Source: Hyphochytrium catenoides
Taxonomy: Eukaryota > Protista > Hyphochytriomycota
Length of the DNA stretch: 44,053 bases
Reading direction: 5' to 3'
NCBI GenBank assembly: GCA_900088475.1
Contig: FLMG01002065.1
Coordinates: 1 to 44,053, forward strand
Below, in pieces: positions 40,176 to 44,053 of this stretch (within the stretch, counting starts at the first letter, position 1; every line of letters begins with the position of its first letter). Under the pieces are notes generated by a model that saw nothing but the letters and a program-made list of their open reading frames with translations, ran no database searches and had not been told where the DNA came from. The translations under genes and the position numbers were made by a program.

Positions 40176-41427
40176 AGTGGCAAAACAGCTCCCAGTTACG
40201 CGGCACAAGGTTGCTGCTTTTCGGTCAGCTCATAGCAGGACTTCACGCCGAGTTCCGCTATCCGTAGTGCTCTACCGTGTCGAGTTTGCTATGCAGACCG
40301 CTTTAGCACTACGACCTGTGCCCGGAGGTCCAAACCGATGCAATCGGTGTCACCAACTCCGGGCACTTAATGAGGCCACGCTTGCTATTGCCAGAGGACA
40401 ATTAGTGCGGGTCCTCCAAAGACTGTTCACTTCCCACTGGTTCAAGTGTCCAACCGGTTAATAGAGGTGCCGCTTCCTCCCACTTGCACCGTTGCTGTCT
40501 GGCAGCCTAATTGATCTTATCAGCTAGAGTACTGTCAGTGTGACGCTTGGGCCTGGCGACCTTCAGCTGGCCGGCGGTCGCCGTGCGGACGTGGCTACCT
40601 TCAGCGCCAAGTGGGGCTGGGCGGGGCGGCGGGTGATCCAAGAGCCACAGATCGAGAGGAAGGGACCTTACTTCTCTGCCCTGTGCCCTGTATCTTCATT
40701 CTTCTTCAACTTCAGCCACCCATCCGAACTATTGAAATAAACCATTTGAAAGATATCTTTCAGATAGAGGATTTAACAGTTAACTTCGGGAAGGTATTTT
40801 ACTTTCTTTCGGCTCTACAATCCTACCCGCCCTTGTTTCTTGGTGATATCGACCTTTATAGGATTGCCTCGTGTTTATGATAGGTGACTTTATGCAGGGT
40901 AATACAACTTATCGGAAACGGAGGTAGTAGAGTAGCCTGTGCAAACCGCATGGCGACAATATAAGGATGCAAAGTGTTCGAAGCGGAATGTTCCTTGTTC
41001 CTTGTCAACAGGGTTGTGCGTGCGTCTCCGTCTGTGCTGTTTGTTTTCAGTACCAATGTCCCTCAGTTGACTCTTCAACATCAGTCCAGGGGAATAACTG
41101 GAAATCCAAGCGCCACCATTGTTCTATGAACTGTATGACGGAGAAATGGTGAGAGGTGGGGAGAAAGCAAGCTTCTCTTACTCTTTATGCGGGGGATGAA
41201 GCCGGAAGGCGGGGGTAGAAGAGGTGCTAGTCGCGCGATGCTGGCAGGCAGTCCAATCCGCAGCTCACTTGCTCGCAGGCTCATTAGCTCACTGTCCTCC
41301 ACGAAGCACCATAGCTTGAACCATTATGCTACGACGGAAGACTATTCAGGAAATCCTTGTATTTGTACAAGCACCTGAGGTTTCTTGGTAGCAAGGATTG
41401 GGTCTCAGAGGTGTCGGCATCTTCTTC

Positions 41428-41622
41428 CAAATACTTATTCTGCCTAGAGGGCAGGCAGGAACAGAACGGTTCACCCTGAGTCACTTGATAGGGCGATAGG
41501 CGGGACTTCAACTTTGGCCGTTTGCAAATACCTATTCTGCCTCGAGGGCAAGGCAGGAACAGAACGGTTCACCCTGAGTCACTCGATAGGGAGATAGGCG
41601 GGACCTCAACTTTTGCCGTTTG
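41428..41622. repeat. Tandem duplication, two units of ~97 bp
   Basis: caaatac...gccgtttg occurs at 41428-41524 and 41525-41622 with a few substitutions and one indel. Confidence 0.97.
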
Positions 41623-41849
41623 ACACGGCAACGGAGAGGTCGCGGGGGCTGCTACCCGTTTGGGCTAGGTGTGCGTCTCACGCTAAGCCTCTTCGGACGG
41701 TGGACTTAGCAGGAGACGGGACAAGGGTCCTCTACTTAGGAAGCGTTTTGGTCCCAGGTACATCATTGGGACGAACCAGGTTACCTACTAGGAGAATGTT
41801 CTCTAGTATATTAGGTGGAAGCAAGCTGATGGCCTGCAGTATGTTCTAA

Positions 41850-43253
41850 ATGACTGAATACGGCCTAGCTGTAGAAGTCAATACGATGGCCCCACTCTGC
41901 CCCTTTCCATACGTCGGGTCAGGTTGTGGGAAGCCTCTCTCGCAGCTTCAACCCTCGTATGGTGTGTGGAGGTTCATTTTTCTGTTGATCGGTGGGTTAG
42001 CTTTTCTCGTTTCGGCCTGGCGGTACCCTGCTGTCTTACGCTGTGGGACTGCCCATCAACACTACACCTTTTCTCTTCTGCTAGTCGCTTCAACACTTCT
42101 TGTTCTCTGTGGAATAGATCCTCAGGCATACGGCGCAATCTACCCGCTGCTGGCATTCAAAGTTATGGAAGCAATGCTCTTGAGCATTGTATGGACGATA
42201 TCAATTTGTATCTGTTTTCTGTGGCTTCTGCTCTTAGAATCTTCTTTCGGAAGTGGCGTAGTCTTAGGGATAAAGGTGATCCTCGGGACACAGACAATAG
42301 CCCTGTGGCTATGCAATATGGTCCAGGCTGTCCTGATAGGTCTAGACCCCGATGCAAGCGCCCGCGGGGCGGTATTGAGCTGCACAGCTATCGCTATTGG
42401 TGCTCAGGTGGTTAGTGCGCTATCCCTTGTCCTGCTGGGCTATATTTTGCATATCTCTCTCAAGATATCTTTTCCGCGCTCAGCGTCCTTGGCTAGCAAC
42501 GACACACATCAGGACGAATATGTTCTGAACCAGTCTTCTGTTGGCAGCTCTTTTCAAGACCTATCTATGTCATCTCACACTGGCAGCAGCGTGCGGAGCC
42601 TTGGGACCTTAAATTCTGTCAAGGCAGGTAGCGGGTCTATGAGAAGTCGACTCACACCTGCTGCAGATGGTAGGTCTTTTCAAAACAGGGGGAGTATGTG
42701 GAAACTCCGAACGTTCATTGATCCCGGGCAAGAAGCTGGTATAGTAAGACCTGAGGGACAGCCTTCGGGACCCTGTACCACTCTCAGCAGCTGCGTTGGC
42801 AGGATGTCAAAAGTCAAACAAGTTGTCATCTTCGTCACTGGAGGGTTTTCAGTAGCGATCGCGGCTGAGCTTTGCGTGCTACTGCGTGCTGTAAAAGGAT
42901 ACCCGTCTCCGTGGTTGCAATCTTTGCGATGTGAAGACCAACTGTCGCCCGACGACGGAAGCAGCTGCGAACCTGTCTCAGACGTAAGAAACTGCGTTCT
43001 AGCGGCAACCTCTCTGATCTTATGGCTCAACCTTTGGGTCTTTTGGAAGGTGCCAGCTCAGCGTCGGGAAGGGGAAAGTGCCAATCTACCAAAGGACCTT
43101 TTGCTGGTGGATACAGCGGGCAGGTTGCTTGGCCAAGAGTCGTCACTAAGGGATGTGGAGGCATTAATGCCTGAAGAGTGCGAGGGTGATCGAATGTCTG
43201 AAAGTACTGCATTAACACCTTTAGGTGGGGCCAAACAAGGAGAACTCCACTAA
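41850..43253 (+). CDS. Intronless 7-TM membrane protein, possibly THH1/TOM1/GPR137 (DUF1084)-like
   Basis: 467-aa ORF with five hydrophobic helices, a long Ser-rich loop, then two more helices. GIDP follows TM2 and a Trp lies near the end of TM3. The family assignment is tentative. Confidence 0.75.
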   Translation: MTEYGLAVEVNTMAPLCPFPYVGSGCGKPLSQLQPSYGVWRFIFLLIGGLAFLVSAWRYPAVLRCGTAHQHYTFSLLLVASTLLVLCGIDPQAYGAIYPLLAFKVMEAMLLSIVWTISICICFLWLLLLESSFGSGVVLGIKVILGTQTIALWLCNMVQAVLIGLDPDASARGAVLSCTAIAIGAQVVSALSLVLLGYILHISLKISFPRSASLASNDTHQDEYVLNQSSVGSSFQDLSMSSHTGSSVRSLGTLNSVKAGSGSMRSRLTPAADGRSFQNRGSMWKLRTFIDPGQEAGIVRPEGQPSGPCTTLSSCVGRMSKVKQVVIFVTGGFSVAIAAELCVLLRAVKGYPSPWLQSLRCEDQLSPDDGSSCEPVSDVRNCVLAATSLILWLNLWVFWKVPAQRREGESANLPKDLLLVDTAGRLLGQESSLRDVEALMPEECEGDRMSESTALTPLGGAKQGELH

Positions 43254-44053
43254 TAGAAATAGCATCACCAATTAGGAAAGGGATAAGAGAGAGCCCGTTT
43301 CCCATAAAATTGAGTTCATCTCAGCGCTGCTCCAAGACCTTTGACATGATCACAGTAGGTGAGGTGCTTGTAGAAGTTTGCCCTCCCTTGGAACCGTTCT
43401 TCAGCGCCCTGCACCTATTTGTTGAGCAAGACTATTGATAAGCATAGTGCTGATGAGTTGTAGCCGTTCAGAGGCAAGTGTAATCGACTGTATGCCTCGA
43501 GAAGTAGTGCAAGACGGTTTCCATGTAGGCACAGGACCGCCCTCCCTTATCTACGTGGTTTCCCCCACAGACAGAAGAAGATTCAGTAGATGTGACAATC
43601 TTCCTCTCTCATCATCTCATCAATCGTTGGTCTTTCTCTGCTATGCCCTCTCTGACTCTCTCTCTCTCACTCTCGCCGTCTCTGCCGTCTAATGGTCTGA
43701 ATGTCTCTTTGTCTCCCCCGGTCTGCCTGGCTGAATGTCTCTCTAGAATTGTGTCTCTCTGTCCCTCTTTCCTCTGTCTCTGACGAAAAGTTCTCTAAAG
43801 CTCGTTATCAGTCTCTCGCTCACTTCATCAATATCTCTCTCTCAGACAGTGGAACCTCTAGCGAAATGACCAATCTGATGAAGGTTCTGCTTGTCCCAGA
43901 TTTTTCTATGTACTCGTAGAACTGTTGTTCTGACTTCAAAAGTGACCAATGTCCCCGGTTTTGGCGGGAATGAGATGAAAAATCACGCGAAAAACCACAC
44001 GAAAGGATGTGTAGATTACCATTCACGTAGTTACTAGTTTGGCCAACGGTGAT

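Noticed and set aside
41428-41622. CRISPR array or tRNA pair
   Set aside because: There are only two directly abutting units, no spacers, no cas genes and no tRNA consensus loops.

Overview
Compact, intron-rich eukaryotic nuclear DNA with the standard genetic code, mostly GT-AG introns and at least two GC-AG introns. A stramenopile source is inferred from gene content and is not proven. The ORF track is fragmented because most genes are spliced. Joining exons by hand gives about 11 genes: a large minus-strand PDZ-PDZ-PH-C2-coiled-coil protein with an unassigned C-terminal region; a plant/protist-type inositol phosphorylceramide synthase; SRP72; the GATOR2 subunit WDR24; a TMEM35/NACHO (DoxX-like) protein; proline iminopeptidase; a TTD14-like P-loop NTPase; a DUF1279/FAM210 protein; an equilibrative nucleoside transporter; a membrane protein with nine ~70-aa repeats and an HPD-less J-domain; and an intronless 7-TM protein preceded by a 97-bp tandem duplication. 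The best leads are the repeat/J-like protein, the multidomain scaffold, a strongly base-paired WDR24 intron and the structured 97-bp duplication. No rRNA, tRNA, CRISPR or transposase was recognised. All family calls come from motif recognition, with no database searches.
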